From Eledone cirrhosa (lineage: Eukaryota): 64,000 bases of DNA. Every line of letters begins with the position of its first letter. Positions within the stretch are counted from its first letter, which is position 1. A model generated the notes under the pieces. The model had not been told where the DNA came from. It made no database searches and worked only from the letters and a program-made list of their open reading frames with translations. Shown here one piece after another: positions 36,124 through 50,144 of this stretch. The translations under genes were made by a program, and so were the position numbers. Where the stretch lies: positions 294,128,001-294,192,000 of the forward strand of contig OZ024740.1 in NCBI GenBank assembly GCA_964016885.1. Reading direction: 5' to 3'.

Positions 36124-36350
36124 TTAACCCTTTAGCATATACATTACTCTATATATACTATTGTATTTTTGTGGTAATGGCTTTATCTTACATAATTATC
36201 TCACATAATATCAAATCTGAGATTTTGATGTTATTTATTTTGAGAACAATACCTTAATGTCAGTATGAGTGGCCAGTTACAGCCAGTTTGAACAGAAAAA
36301 GGTGAGAAAATTCTGGCTGGATACAGCCGGTTTAAATGCTAAAGGGTTAA
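36124..36350. mobile_element. piggyBac-type MITE (family A), copy 6
   Basis: TTAACCCTTTAGCAT...AAATGCTAAAGGGTTAA. Confidence 0.87.
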
Positions 36351-37127
36351 ACAATGGCTGAGACCCAAGAAGACTATATATATCAGCCAATATCCAGAAT
36401 AAATCATCTAGTAATTAGTGTAGAAAGAAAATTAAGAGACCTATCAAAAATCATATTAATTAATTCAGTATGAAAATATATTTCTGTTCTTAGGTTGCAC
36501 TTGTTTGGCAAGAAATTTGTTCTGAGATCACATGCTGGAACTAAAGAATCAACACAAACACCAATTTAACATATTACTAACATACATATTAGTAATATGT
36601 TATCATAAAGATGAATCCTCTTGATACCAAACCTCCTGAATTTACCCCTGCTTCTATGATACAGAACCACCATAATTTTATGTAACAACCATTGTTAAGT
36701 TATGTTCCAAACCACATGAAACCACCTCGTGTTCTATGATATGGAACAGTTCGTTTTAAAGTGTTTCTATTTATCTAAACCCTTCCATCATAATTTTATA
36801 AAAGAACCTTTGTTAAGTTATGTTCCAAACACCCCTGTTTCTATGATACAGAACTGTTTGTTTTAAAGTGTTTATATTTGTCTAAAACCTTCCATCAATA
36901 CTGCAAGTGTGTTGGTTTGCTTCAAAACTTTATATGAAGGAAACTCTAGCACCCCTTGTTGTGGCATGTGATTGGGTGAATGTGTCTTCTCCCACATTTT
37001 TCATTTTTTTATTTTTCCTCTGTTTTTATATAAATTTTCCATATGAATAGTGTTGTTACTTACTGACACAAGAATAAGAGGCAAAGTTGACCTAGGTAAG
37101 ATTTGAATTCAGAAGGATAAAAGACAT

Positions 37128-37470
37128 ACTCTCAAGTTCCAAATAATGGAAGGAGGTGGGGTGGAATAAGTGGGGGGATTGGACATCTGCTTAAATTCTT
37201 ATAAATGAGGGGGAGAATCAGTAATTGTATAGGGTACGTTCGTAAATATGGGATTTCTTGTAATGTTTTTTTAATGTAAAATAAAATTATTATTAGATTC
37301 TTCAGCTGCTGTGTCAATATGAATCACTTACAATAAACTTTCACCAGAGATAGAATAATAGATTAGCAAAATTTAATAAGCAGGGGGGGGGGGGGGTGAA
37401 TAAAAGCGGGGGTAATGGAAAAGATCTGAAAAATTTAATAAGCGGGAGTGGAGTATTCAAGACCTGAGAG
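37128..37470. mobile_element. TA-flanked MITE with G-rich interior
   Basis: TA|CTCTCAAGTTCCAAATA ... TATTCAAGACCTGAGAG|TA imperfect TIRs; internal AATAAGCGGG-like subrepeats. Confidence 0.62.
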
Positions 37471-40400
37471 TAGTTGGATTCACATATTCAGAATATCAAG
37501 AGATATGCTCTATTAATTCTGTCAATCTACCATCCTCAGGGATATAAATATTAATTTCTATTTTAGCTACACAACCAGCAATTTGTGGAAAAGTATAAAG
37601 TTGATTATATCAACCCTGATATTTTATTTTATAAACTTTAAAAGGATGAAAGGTAAAGTTCACCTTAGTGGGATTTGAACTCAGAATGTAAGGAGCCAAA
37701 ACAAATACTGCAAAGCATTTGTCCAATATTCTAACAATTTTGCAATCCCCCATTTTTCTTAAGGATATAAATATTTTTTTAAATGATTTTCACTTCTAAA
37801 GATGAGGTTTTAAATAAATAAAATATGATCTAAAAAAGAAATGTATCTAAAATTGAATTAAATCTTTTTATTATCATATTTCTAACAGGAATATAACCCC
37901 TTTCAGTCTAAAATGGTATTTAACCCTTTAAATATCATATGTCTAACAAGAATATACCCCCTCTCTGTCTAAAATGGTATTAACCCTTTCATTATCATAT
38001 TTCTAACAAGAATATAGCCCCTTTCTGTCTAAAATGGTATTTAACTCTTTCATTATCATATTTCTAACAAGTATATACCCCCTTTCTTTCTAAAATGGTA
38101 TTTAACCCTTTCATTATCATATTTCTAACAAGAATATACCCCCCCCCCCTTTCTGTCTAAAATGGAATTTAACCCTTTCATTATCATATTTCTAACAAGA
38201 AAATACCCCCTTTCTGTCTAAAATAGTATTGAGCCCTTTCATTATCATATTTCTAACAAGAATATACCCCCTTTCTGTCTAAAATGGAATTTAACCCTTT
38301 CATTATCATATATCTTACAAGAAAATACCCCCTTTCTGACTAAAATGGTATTTAGCCCTTTCATTATCATATTTCTAACAAGAAAATACCCCCTTTCTGT
38401 CTGAAATGGTATTTAGCCCTTTCATTATCATATTTCTAACAAGAATATACTCCCTTTCTGTCTAAAATGGTATTTAACCCTTTCATTATCATATTTCTAA
38501 CAAGAATATACTCCCTTTCTGTCTGAAATAGTATTTAACCCTTTCTTTATCATATTTCTAACGAGAGTATACCCCGTTTCTGTCTAAAATGGTATTTAAC
38601 TCTTTCATTCTCAGATTTCTAACAAGAATATACCCCTTTTCTGTCTAAAATGGTATTTAACCCTTTCATTATCATATTTCTAACGAGAATATACTCCCTT
38701 TCTGTCTAAAATGGTATTTAAATCTTTCATTAGCATATTTCTAACAAGAATATACCCCTTTCTGTCTAAAATGGTATTTAAGCCTTTCATTAGCATATTT
38801 CTAACAAGAATATACCCCTTTCTGTCTAAAATGGTATTTAACTCTTTCATTAGCATATTTCTAACAAGAATATACCCCTTTCTGTCTAAAATGGTATTTA
38901 ACCCTTTCATTAGCATATTTCTAACAAGAATATACTCCCTTTCTGTCTAAAATGGTATTTAACCCATTCATTAGCATATTTCTAACAAGAATATACGCCT
39001 TTCTGTCTAAAATAGTATTGAGCCCTTTCATTATCATATTTCTAACAAGAATATACCCCCTTTCTGTCTAAAATGGAATTTAACCCTTTCATTATCATAT
39101 ATCTTACAAGAAAATACCCCTTTCTGACTAAATTGGTATTTAGCCCTTTCATTATCATATTTCTAACAAGAAAATACCCCCTTTCTGTCTGAAATGGTAT
39201 TTAGCCCTTTCATTATCATATTTCTAACAAGAATATACTCCCTTTCTGTCTAAAATGGTATTTAACCCTTTCATTATCATATTTCTAACAAGAATATACC
39301 CCTTTTTGTCTAAAATGGTATTTAACCCATACATTATCATATTTCTAACAAGAATATACTCCCTTTCTGTCTGAAATAGTATTTAACCCTTTCTTTATCA
39401 TATTTCTAACGAGAATATACCCCCTTTCTGTCTAAAATGGTGTTTAACTCTTTCATTCTCAGATTTCTAACAAGAATATAGCACTTTTCTGTCTAAAATG
39501 GTATTTAACCCTTTCATTATCATATTTCTAACGAGAATATACTCCCTTTCTGTCTAAAATGGTATTTAACTCTTTCATTAGCATATTTCTAACAAGAATA
39601 TACCCCTTTCTGTCTAAAATGGTATTTAACCCTTTCATTAGCATATTTCTAACAAGAATATACCCCTTTCTGTCTAAAATGGTATTTAACTCTTTCATTA
39701 GCATATTTCTAACAAGAATATACCCCTTTCTGTCTAAAATGGTATTTAACCCTTTCATTAGCATATTTCTAACAAGAATATACTCCCTTTCTGTCTAAAA
39801 TGGTATTTAACCCTTTCATTAGCATATTTCTAACAAGAATATACGCCTTTCTGTCTAAAATGGTATTTAGCCCTTTCATTATCATATTTCTAACAAGAAT
39901 ATACCCCCCTTTCTGTCTAAAATAGTATTTAACTCTTTCATTATAATATTTCTAACAAGAATATACCCCATTTGGTCTAAAATGGTATTTAACCAAGTCA
40001 TTATCATATTTCTAACAAGAATATACCCCCTTTCTGTCTAAAATGGTATTTAACCCTTTCATTAGCATATTTATAACAAGAATATACCCCCCTTTTCTGT
40101 CTAAAATGGTATTTAAACTTTTCATTATCATATTTCTAAAAAGAATATATCCCCTTTCTCTCTAAAATGGTATTTAACCCTTTCATTATCATATTTCTAA
40201 CAAGAATATACCCATTTTCTGTCTAAAATTTGATTTAACTGTTTCATTATCATATTTATAACAAGAATATAATCCCTTTCTGTCTAAAATGGTATTTAAC
40301 CCTTTCATTAGCATATTTCTAACAATAATATGCCCCATTCTGTCTAAAATGGTATTTAGCCCTTTCATTATCATATTTCTAAAAAGAATATAGCCCCTTT

Positions 40401-43400
40401 CTGTTTAAAATGGTATTTAACTCTTTCATTATCATATTTCTAACAAGAATATACCCCCTTTCTCTCTAAAATGGTATTTAACCCTTTCATTATCATATTT
40501 CTAACAAGAATATACCCCCTTTTTCTGTCTAAAATGGTATTTAACTCTTTCTTTATCATATTTCTAACAAGAAAATACCCCCTTTCTGTCTAAAATGGTA
40601 TTAACCCTTTCATTATCATATTTCTAACAAGAAAATACCCCCCTTTCTGTCTAAAATGGTATTTATCCCTTTCATTATCATATTTCTAACAAAAATATAC
40701 CCCCTTTCAGTCTAAAATGGAATTTAACCCTTTCATTATCATATATCTAACAAGAAAATACCCCCTTTCTGTCTAAAATGGTATTTAGCCCTTTCATTAT
40801 CATATTTCTAAAAAGAATATATCCCCTTTCTCTCTAAAATGGTATTTAACCCTTTCATTATCATATTTCTAACAAGAATATACCCCCTTTCTGTCTAAAA
40901 TGGTATTTAACTCTATCATTATCATATTTCTAACAAGAATATACCCCTTTTTGTCTAAAATGGTATTTAACTCTTTCATTATCATATTTCTAACAAGAAT
41001 ATAGCCACTTTCTGTCCAAATTGGTATTGAACCCCTTCATTATTATATTTCGAAATAGAATATACCCCCTTTCTGTCTAAAATGGTATTTAACCCTTCAT
41101 TATCATATTTTTAACAAGAATATACTCCCTTTCGGTCTAAAATGGTATTTAACTCTTTCATTATCATATTTCTAAAACGAATATTCCCCCTTTTTGTCTA
41201 AAATGGTATTTAACTCATTCATTATCATATTTCTAACAAGAATATACCTCTTTCTGTCTAAAATGGTATTTAACCCTTTCATTATCATATTTCTAACAAG
41301 AATATACCCCCCCCTTTCTGTCTAAAATGGAATTTAACCCTTTCATTATCATATTTCTAACAAGAAAATACCCCCTTTCTGTCTAAAATAGTATTGAGCC
41401 CTTTCATTATCATATTTCTAACAAGAATATACCCCCTTTCTGTCTAAAATGGAATTTAACCCTTTCATTATCATATATCTTACAAGAAAATACCCCCTTT
41501 CTGACTAAAATGGTATTTAGCCCTTTCATTATCATATTTCTAACAAGAAAATACCCCCTTTCTGTCTGAAATGGTATTTAGCCCTTTCATTATCATATTT
41601 CTAACAAGAATATACTCCCTTTCTGTCTAAAATGGTATTTAACCCTTTCATTATCATATTTCTAACAAGAATATACCCCTTTTTGTCTAAAATGGTATTT
41701 AACCCATACATTATCATATTTCTAACAAGAATATACTCCCTTTCTGTCTGAAATAGTGTTTAACCCTTTCTTTATCATATTTCTAACGAGAATATACCCC
41801 TTTCTGTCTAAAATGGTATTTAACTCTTTCATTCTCAGATTTCTAACGAGAATATACTCCCTTTCTGTCTAAAATGGTATTTAACTCTTTCATTAGCATA
41901 TTTCTAACAAGAATATACCCCTTTCTGTCTAAAATGGTATTTAACTCTTTCATTATCATATTTCTAACAAGAATATACTCCCTTTCTGTCTAAAATGGTA
42001 TTTAACCCTTTCATTAGCATATTTCTAACAAGAATATACGCCTTTCCGTCTAAAATGGTATTTAGCCCTTTCATTATCATATTTCTAACAAGAATATACC
42101 CCCCTTTCTGTCTAAAATAGTATTTAACTCTTTCATTATAATATTTCTAACAAGAATATACCCCTTTTGGTCTAAAATGGTATTTAACCCAGTCATTATC
42201 ATATTTCTAACAAGAATATACCCCCTTTCTGTCTAAAATGGTATTTAACCCTTTCATTAGCATATTTATAACAAGAATATACACCCCTTTTCTGTCTAAA
42301 ATGGTATTTAAACTTTTCATTATCATATTTCTAAAAAGAATATATCCCCTTTCTCTCTAAAATGGTATTTAACCCTTTCATTATCATATTTCTAACAAGA
42401 ATATACCCATTTTCTGTCTAAAATTTTATTTAACTGTTTCATTATCATATTTATGACAAGAATATAATCCCTTTCTGTCTAAAATGGTATTTAACCCTTT
42501 CATTAGCATATTTCTAACAATAATATGCCCCATTCTGTCTAAAATGGTATTTAGCCCTTTCATTATCATATTTCTAACCAGAATATACCCCCCTTTCTGT
42601 CTAAAATGGTATTTAACTCTTTCATTATCATATTTATAACAAGAATATACCCCTTTTTGTCTAAAATGGTATTTGACCCTTTGATTATCATATTTCGAAC
42701 AAAAATATACACCCTTTCTGTCTAAAGTGGTATTTAACCCTTTCATTATCATATTTCTAACAAGAATATAGCCCCTTTCTGTCTAAAATGGTTTTTAACT
42801 CTTTCATTATCATATTTCTGACAAGAATATAGCCCCTTTCTGTCTAAAATGGTATTTAACTCTTTCATTATCATATTTCTAAAAAGAATATACCTCCATT
42901 TTGTCTAAAATGGTATTTAACCCTTTCATTATCATATTTCTAACAAGAATATACCCCCTTTCTGTCTAAAATGTTATTTAACCCTTTCAAAATCATATGT
43001 CTAACAAGAATATACCCCTTTCTGTCTAAAATGGTATTTAACCCTTTCATTGTCATATTTCTAAAAAGAATATAGCCCCTTTCTGTCTAAAATGGTATTT
43101 AACTCTTTCATTATCATATTTCTAACAAGAATATACCCCCTTTCTCTCTAAAATGGTATTTAACCCTTTCATTATCATATTTCTAACAAGAATATACCCC
43201 CTTTTTCTGTCTAAAATGGTATTTAACCCTTTCTTTATCATATTTCTAACAAGAAAATACCCCCTTTCTGTCTAAAATGGTATTTAACCCTTTCATTATC
43301 ATATTTCTAACAAGAAAATACCCCCCTTTCTGTCTAAAATGGTATTTATCCCTTTCATTATCATATTTCTAACAAGAATATACCCCCTTTCAGTCTAAAA

Positions 43401-46400
43401 TGGAATTTAACCCTTTCATTATCATATATCTAACAAGAAAATACCCCCTTTCTGTCTAAAATGGTATTTAGCCCTTTCATTATCATATTTCTAAAAAGAA
43501 TATATCCCCTTTCTCTCTAAAATGGTATTTAACCATTTCATTATCATATTTCGAACAAGAATATACCCCCTTTCTGTCTAAAATGGTATTTAACTCTTTC
43601 ATTATCATATTTCTAACAAGAATATACCCCTTTTTGTCTAAAATGGTATTTAACTCTTTCATTATCATATTTCTAACAAGAATATAGCCACTTTCTGTCT
43701 AAATTGGTATTGAACCCCTTCATTATTATATTTCTAAATAGAATATACCCCCTTTCTGTCTAAAATGGTATTTAACCCTTCATTATCATGTTTTTAACAA
43801 GAATATACTCCCTTTCGGTCTAAAATGGTATTTAACTCTTTCATTATCATATTTCTAACACAAATATTCCCCCTTTCTGTCTAAAATGGTAGTTAACTCT
43901 TGCATTATCATATTTATAACAAGAATATACCCCTTTTTGTCTAAAATGGTATTTAACTCATTCATTATCATATTTCTAACAAGAATATACCTCTTTCTGT
44001 CTAAAATAGTATTTAACCCTTTCATTATCATATTTCTAACAAGAATATAGCCCCTTTCTGTCTAAAATGGATTTTAACTCTTTCATTATCATATTTCTAA
44101 CAAGAATATAGCCCCTTTCTGTCTAAAATGGTATTTAACTCTTTCATTATCATATTTATAACAAGAATATACCCCTTTTTGTCTAAAAGGGTATTTTACT
44201 CTTACATTATCATATTTCTAACAAGAATATACCCCCTTTCTGTCTAAAATGGTATTTAACTCTTTCATTATTATATTTCTAACAAGAATATACCCCTTTT
44301 CTCTCTAAAATGGTATCTAACTCTTTCATTATCATATTTCTAGCAAGAATATAGCCCCTTTCTGTCTAAAATGGTATTTAACAATTCATTATCATATTTC
44401 TAACAAGAATGTACCCCTTTCTGTCTAAAATGGTGTTTAACCCTTTATTATCATATTTCTAACAAGAATATACCCCCCTTTCTATCTTAAATGGTATTTA
44501 AATCTTTCATTATCATATTTCTAACAAGAATATTCCCATTTTTGTCTAAAATGGTATTTAACCCTTTCATTATCATATTTCCAACAAGAATATACAACCT
44601 GTCTATCTAAAATGGTATTTAACCCTTCCATTATCATATTTCTGACAAGAATATACCCCCTTTTCTGTCTAAAATGGTATTTAATTCTTTTATTATCATA
44701 TTTCTAACCAGAATATACCCCCTTTCTGTCTAAAATGGTATTTAACCCTTTCATATTTCTAACAAGAATATAGCCCGTTTCTGTCTAAAATGGTATTTAA
44801 CCCTTTCATTATCATATTTCTAACAAGAATACAGCCCCTTTCTGTCTAAAATGGTATTTAACCCTTTCATTATCATATTTCTAACAAGAATATACCCTCT
44901 TTCTGTCCTAAATGGTATTTAACCCTTTCAATATCATATTTATAACAAGAATATACCCCCTTTCTATCTAAAATGGTATTTAACTCTTTCATTATCATAT
45001 TTCTAAAAAGAATATATCCCCTTTCTCTCTAAAATGGTATTTAACCCTTTCATTATCATATTTCTAACAAGAATATACCCCCTTTCTGTCTAAAATGGTA
45101 TTTAAACCTTTCATTATCATATTTCTAACAAGAATATACAATCTTTCTATCTAAAATGGCATTTAACCCTTTCATTATCATATTTCTAAATAGAATATAC
45201 CCCCCCCCCCTCCCTCTGTCTAAAATGGTATTTAACCCTTTAATTATCATATTTCTAACAAGAATATATTCCCTTTCTGTCTAAAATGGCATTTAACCCT
45301 TTCATTATCATATTTCTAACAAGAATATACCCCCCCCCCTTCTGTCTAAAATTGTATTTAACCTTTTCATTATCATATTTATAACAAGAATATACAACCT
45401 TTCTATCTAAAATGGTATTTAACCCTTTCATTATCATATTTCTAACAAGAATATACCCCCTTTCTGTCTAAAATGGTATTTAACCCTTTCATTTTCATAT
45501 TTCTAACAAGAATATACCCCCTTTCTGTCTAAAGTGTATTTAACAAGATTATACCCCCGTTCTGTCTAAAATGGTATTTAACTCTTGCATTATCATATTT
45601 ATAACAAGAACATACCCCTTTTTGTCTAAAATGGTATTTAACTCATTCATTATCATATTTCTAACAAGAATATACCCCTTTCTGTCTAAAATGGTATTTA
45701 ACCCTTTCATTATCATATTTCTAGCAAGAATATACCCCCTTTCTGTCTAAAATGGTATTTAATTCATTCATTATCATATTTCTAACAAGAATATACCCCT
45801 TTCTGTCTAAAATGGTATTTAATTATTTCATTATCATAATTCTAAAAAGTATATATCCCCTTTCTCTCTAAAATGGTATTTAACCCTTTCATTATCATAT
45901 TTCTAACAAGAACATACCCCCTTTCTGTCTAAAATGGTATTTAACCCTTTCATTATCATATTTCTAACAAGAATATACAACCTTTCTATCTAAAATGGCA
46001 TTTAACCCTTTCATTGTCATATTTCTAACAAGAATATCCTCCCCCTTCTGTCTAAAATGGTATTTAACCCTTTCATTATCATATTTCTAAATAGAATATA
46101 CCCCCTTTCTGTCTAAAATGGTATTTAACCCTTCATTCATTATCATATTTCTAACAAGAATATACTCCCTTTCTGTCTAAAATGGTATTTAACCCTTTCA
46201 TTATCATATTTCTAACAAGAATACAGCCCCTTTCTGTCTAAAATGGTATTTAATTCTTTTATTATCATATTTCTAACCAAAATATACCCCCTTTCTGTCT
46301 AAAATGGTATTTAACCCTTTCATTATCATATTTCTAACAAGAATATACCCTCTTTCTGTCCTAAATGGTATTTAACCCTTTCAATATCATATTTATAACA

Positions 46401-49400
46401 AGAATATACCCCCTTTCTATCTAAAATGGTATTTAACTCTTTCATTATCATATTTCTAAAAAGAATATATCCCCTTTCTCTCTAAAATGGTATTTAACCC
46501 TTTCATTATCATATTTCTAACAAGAATATACCCCCTTTCTGTCTAAAATGGTATTTAAACCTTTCATTATCATATTTCTAACAAGAATATACAATCTTTC
46601 TATCTAAAATGGCATTTAACCCTTTCATTATCATATTTCTAAATAGAATATACCCCCCCCCCCCCTCCCTCTGTCTAAAATGGTATTTAACCCTTTAATT
46701 ATCATATTTCTAACAAGAATATATTCCCTTTCTGTCTAAAATGGCATTTAACCCTTTCATTATCATATTTCTAACAAGAATATACCCCCCCCCCTTCTGT
46801 CTAAAATTGTATTTAACCTTTTCATTATCATATTTATAACAAGAATATACAACCTTTCTATCTAAAATGGTATTTAACCCTTTCATTATCATATTTCTAA
46901 CAAGAATATACCCCCTTTCTGTCTAAAATGGTATTTAACCCTTTCATTTTCATATTTCTAACAAGAATATACCCCCTTTCTGTCTAAAGTGTATTTAACA
47001 AGATTATACCCCCGTTCTGTCTAAAATGGTATTTAACTCTTGCATTATCATATTTATAACAAGAACATACCCCTTTTTGTCTAAAATGGTATTTAACTCA
47101 TTCATTATCATATTTCTAACAAGAATATACCCCTTTCTGTCTAAAATGGTATTTAACCCTTTCATTATCATATTTCTAGCAAGAATATACCCCCTTTCTG
47201 TCTAAAATGGTATTTAATTCATTCATTATCATATTTCTAACAAGAATATACCCCTTTCTGTCTAAAATGGTATTTAATTATTTCATTATCATAATTCTAA
47301 AAAGTATATATCCCCTTTCTCTCTAAAATGGTATTTAACCCTTTCATTATCATATTTCTAACAAGAACATACCCCCTTTCTGTCTAAAATTGTATTTAAC
47401 CCTTTCATTATCATATTTCTAACAAGAATATACAACCTTTCTATCTAAAATGGCATTTAACCCTTTCATTGTCATATTTCTAACAAGAATATCCTCCCCC
47501 TTCTGTCTAAAATGGTATTTAACCCTTTCATTATCATATTTCTAAATAGAATATAGCCCCTTTCTGTCTAAAATGGTATTTAACCCTTCATTCATTATCA
47601 TATTTCTAACAAGAATATACTCCCTTTCTGTCTAAAATGGTATTTAACCCTTTCATTATCATATTTCTAACAAGAATATACCCCACCTCTTCTGTCTAAA
47701 ATGGTATTTAACCCTTTCATTATCATATATCTAACAAGAATATACCCCCTTTCTGTCTAAAATGGTATTTAGCTCTTTCATTATCATATTTCTAACAAAA
47801 ATATAGCCCCTTTTTTTCTAAAATGGTATTTAACCCTTTCATTATCATATTTCTAACAAGAATTAGCCACTTTTTGTCTAAAATGGTATTTAACCCTTTC
47901 ATTATCATATTTCTAAATAGAATATAGCCCCTTTCTCTCTAAAATAGTATTTAACCCTTTCATTATCATGTTTCTAACAAGAATATACCCCCTTTCTGTC
48001 TAAAATGGTATTTAAACCTTTAATTATCATATTTCTAACAAGAATATACAACCTTTCTATCTAAAATAGTATTTAACCCTTTCATTATCATATTTCTAAC
48101 AAGAATATACCCCCTTTCTGTCTAAAATGGTATTTAACCCTTTCATTTTCATATTTCTAGCAAGAATATAGCCCCTTTCTGTCTAAAATGGTATTTAACT
48201 CTTTCATTATCATATTTCTAACAAGAATATGCCCCTTTTTGTCTAAAATGTTATTTAACCCTTTCATTATCATATTTCTAACAAGAATATACCCCCCCCC
48301 CTTCTGTCTAAAATGGCATTTAACCCTTTCATTATCACATTTCTAAATATAATATACCCCCTTTCTGTCTAAAATGGTATTTAAGCCTTCATTATCATAT
48401 TTCTAAAAAGAATATACCCCCTTTCTGTCTAAAATGGTATTTAACCCTTTCATTATCATATTTCTAACAAGAATATAGCCCCTTTCTGTCTAAAATGGTA
48501 TTTAACTCTTTCATTAGCATATTTCTAACAAGAATATACCCCTTTCTGTCTAAAATGGTATTTAACCCTTTCATTAGCATATTTCTAACAAGAATATACT
48601 CCCTTTCTGTCTAAAATGGTATTTAACCCTTTCATTAGCATATTTCTAACAAGAATATACCCCTTTCTGTCTAAAATGGTATTTAGCCCTTTCATTATCA
48701 TATTTCTAACAAGAATAAACCCCCTTTCTGTCTAAAATGGTATTTAACTCTTTCATTATCATATTTCTAACAAGAATATACCCCCCCCCCCCTTTCTGTC
48801 TAAAATAGTATTTAACTCTTTTATTATAATATTTCTAACAAGAATATACCCCTTTTGGTCTAAAATGGTATTTAACCCAGTCATTATCATATTTCTAACA
48901 AGAATATACCCCCTTTCTGTCTAAAATGGTATTTAACCCTTTCATTATCATATTTCTAACAAGAATATAGCCCCTTTCTGTCTAAAATGATTTTTAACTC
49001 TTTCATTATCATATTTCTAACAAGAATATAGCCCCTTTCTGTCTAAAATGGTATTTAACCATTTCATTATCATATTTCTAACAAGAATATACCCCCTTTC
49101 TGTCTAAAGTGGTATTTAACTCTTTCATTATAATATTTCTAAAAAGAATATAACTCCTTTTTGTCTAAAATGGTATTTAACCATTTCATTATTATATTTC
49201 TAACAAGAATATACCCCCTTTCTGTCTAAAATGGTATTTAACCCTTTCATTATCATATTTCTAACAAGAATATACCCCCCCCCTTCTGTCTAAAATGGTA
49301 TTTAACCCTTTCATTATCATATTTCTAACAAGAATAAACCCCCTTTCTGTCTAAAATGGTATTTATCTCTTTCATTATCATATTTCTAACAAGAATATAC

Positions 49401-49997
49401 CCACTTTCTGTCTAAAATGGTATTTAAACCTTTAATTATCATATTTCTAACAAGAATATACAACCTTTCTATCTAAAATAGTATTTAACCCTTTCATTAT
49501 CATATTTCTAAGAAGAATATACCCCCTTTCTGTCTAAAATGGTATTTAACCCTTGATTATCATATTTCTAAATAGAATATACCCCCTTTCTGTCTAAAGT
49601 GGCATTTAACCCTTTCATTATCATATTTCTAACCAGAATATATTCCCTTTCTGTCTAAAATGGCATTTAACCCATTCATTATTATATTTCTAACAAGAAT
49701 ATACCCCCCCCTTCTCTCTAAAATGGTATTTAACCCTTTCATCATCATATTTCTAACAAGAATGTACTCCCTTTCTGTCTAAAATGGTATTTAACCCTTT
49801 CTTTATCATATTTCTAACGAGAATATACCCCCTTTCTGTCTAAAATGGTATTTAACTCTTTCATTCTCAGATTTCTAACAAGAATATACCCCTTTTCTGT
49901 CTAAAGTGTATTTAACACTTTCATTATCATATTTCTAACAGGAATATACCCCTGTTCTGTCTAAAATGGTATTTAACTCTTGCATTATCATATTTAT

Positions 49998-50144
49998 GAT
50001 TGGCAGTATCGGTAGAGAGTCGGACGCCATGCTTTCCAGCATAGTTGTTTCCCTTTACGATCAGAGGTTGACTTTGCCTTTCATCCTTACGGGGTCGATA
50101 AAATAGAGTACCAGTTATGCACTGGTAATTGCTGGCCTTGTGCC
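49998..50144 (+). mobile_element. Truncated SINE fragment inside the satellite, copy 1
   Basis: Matches the SINE at 27763-27951 but lacks the B-box segment and both ends. Confidence 0.9.
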
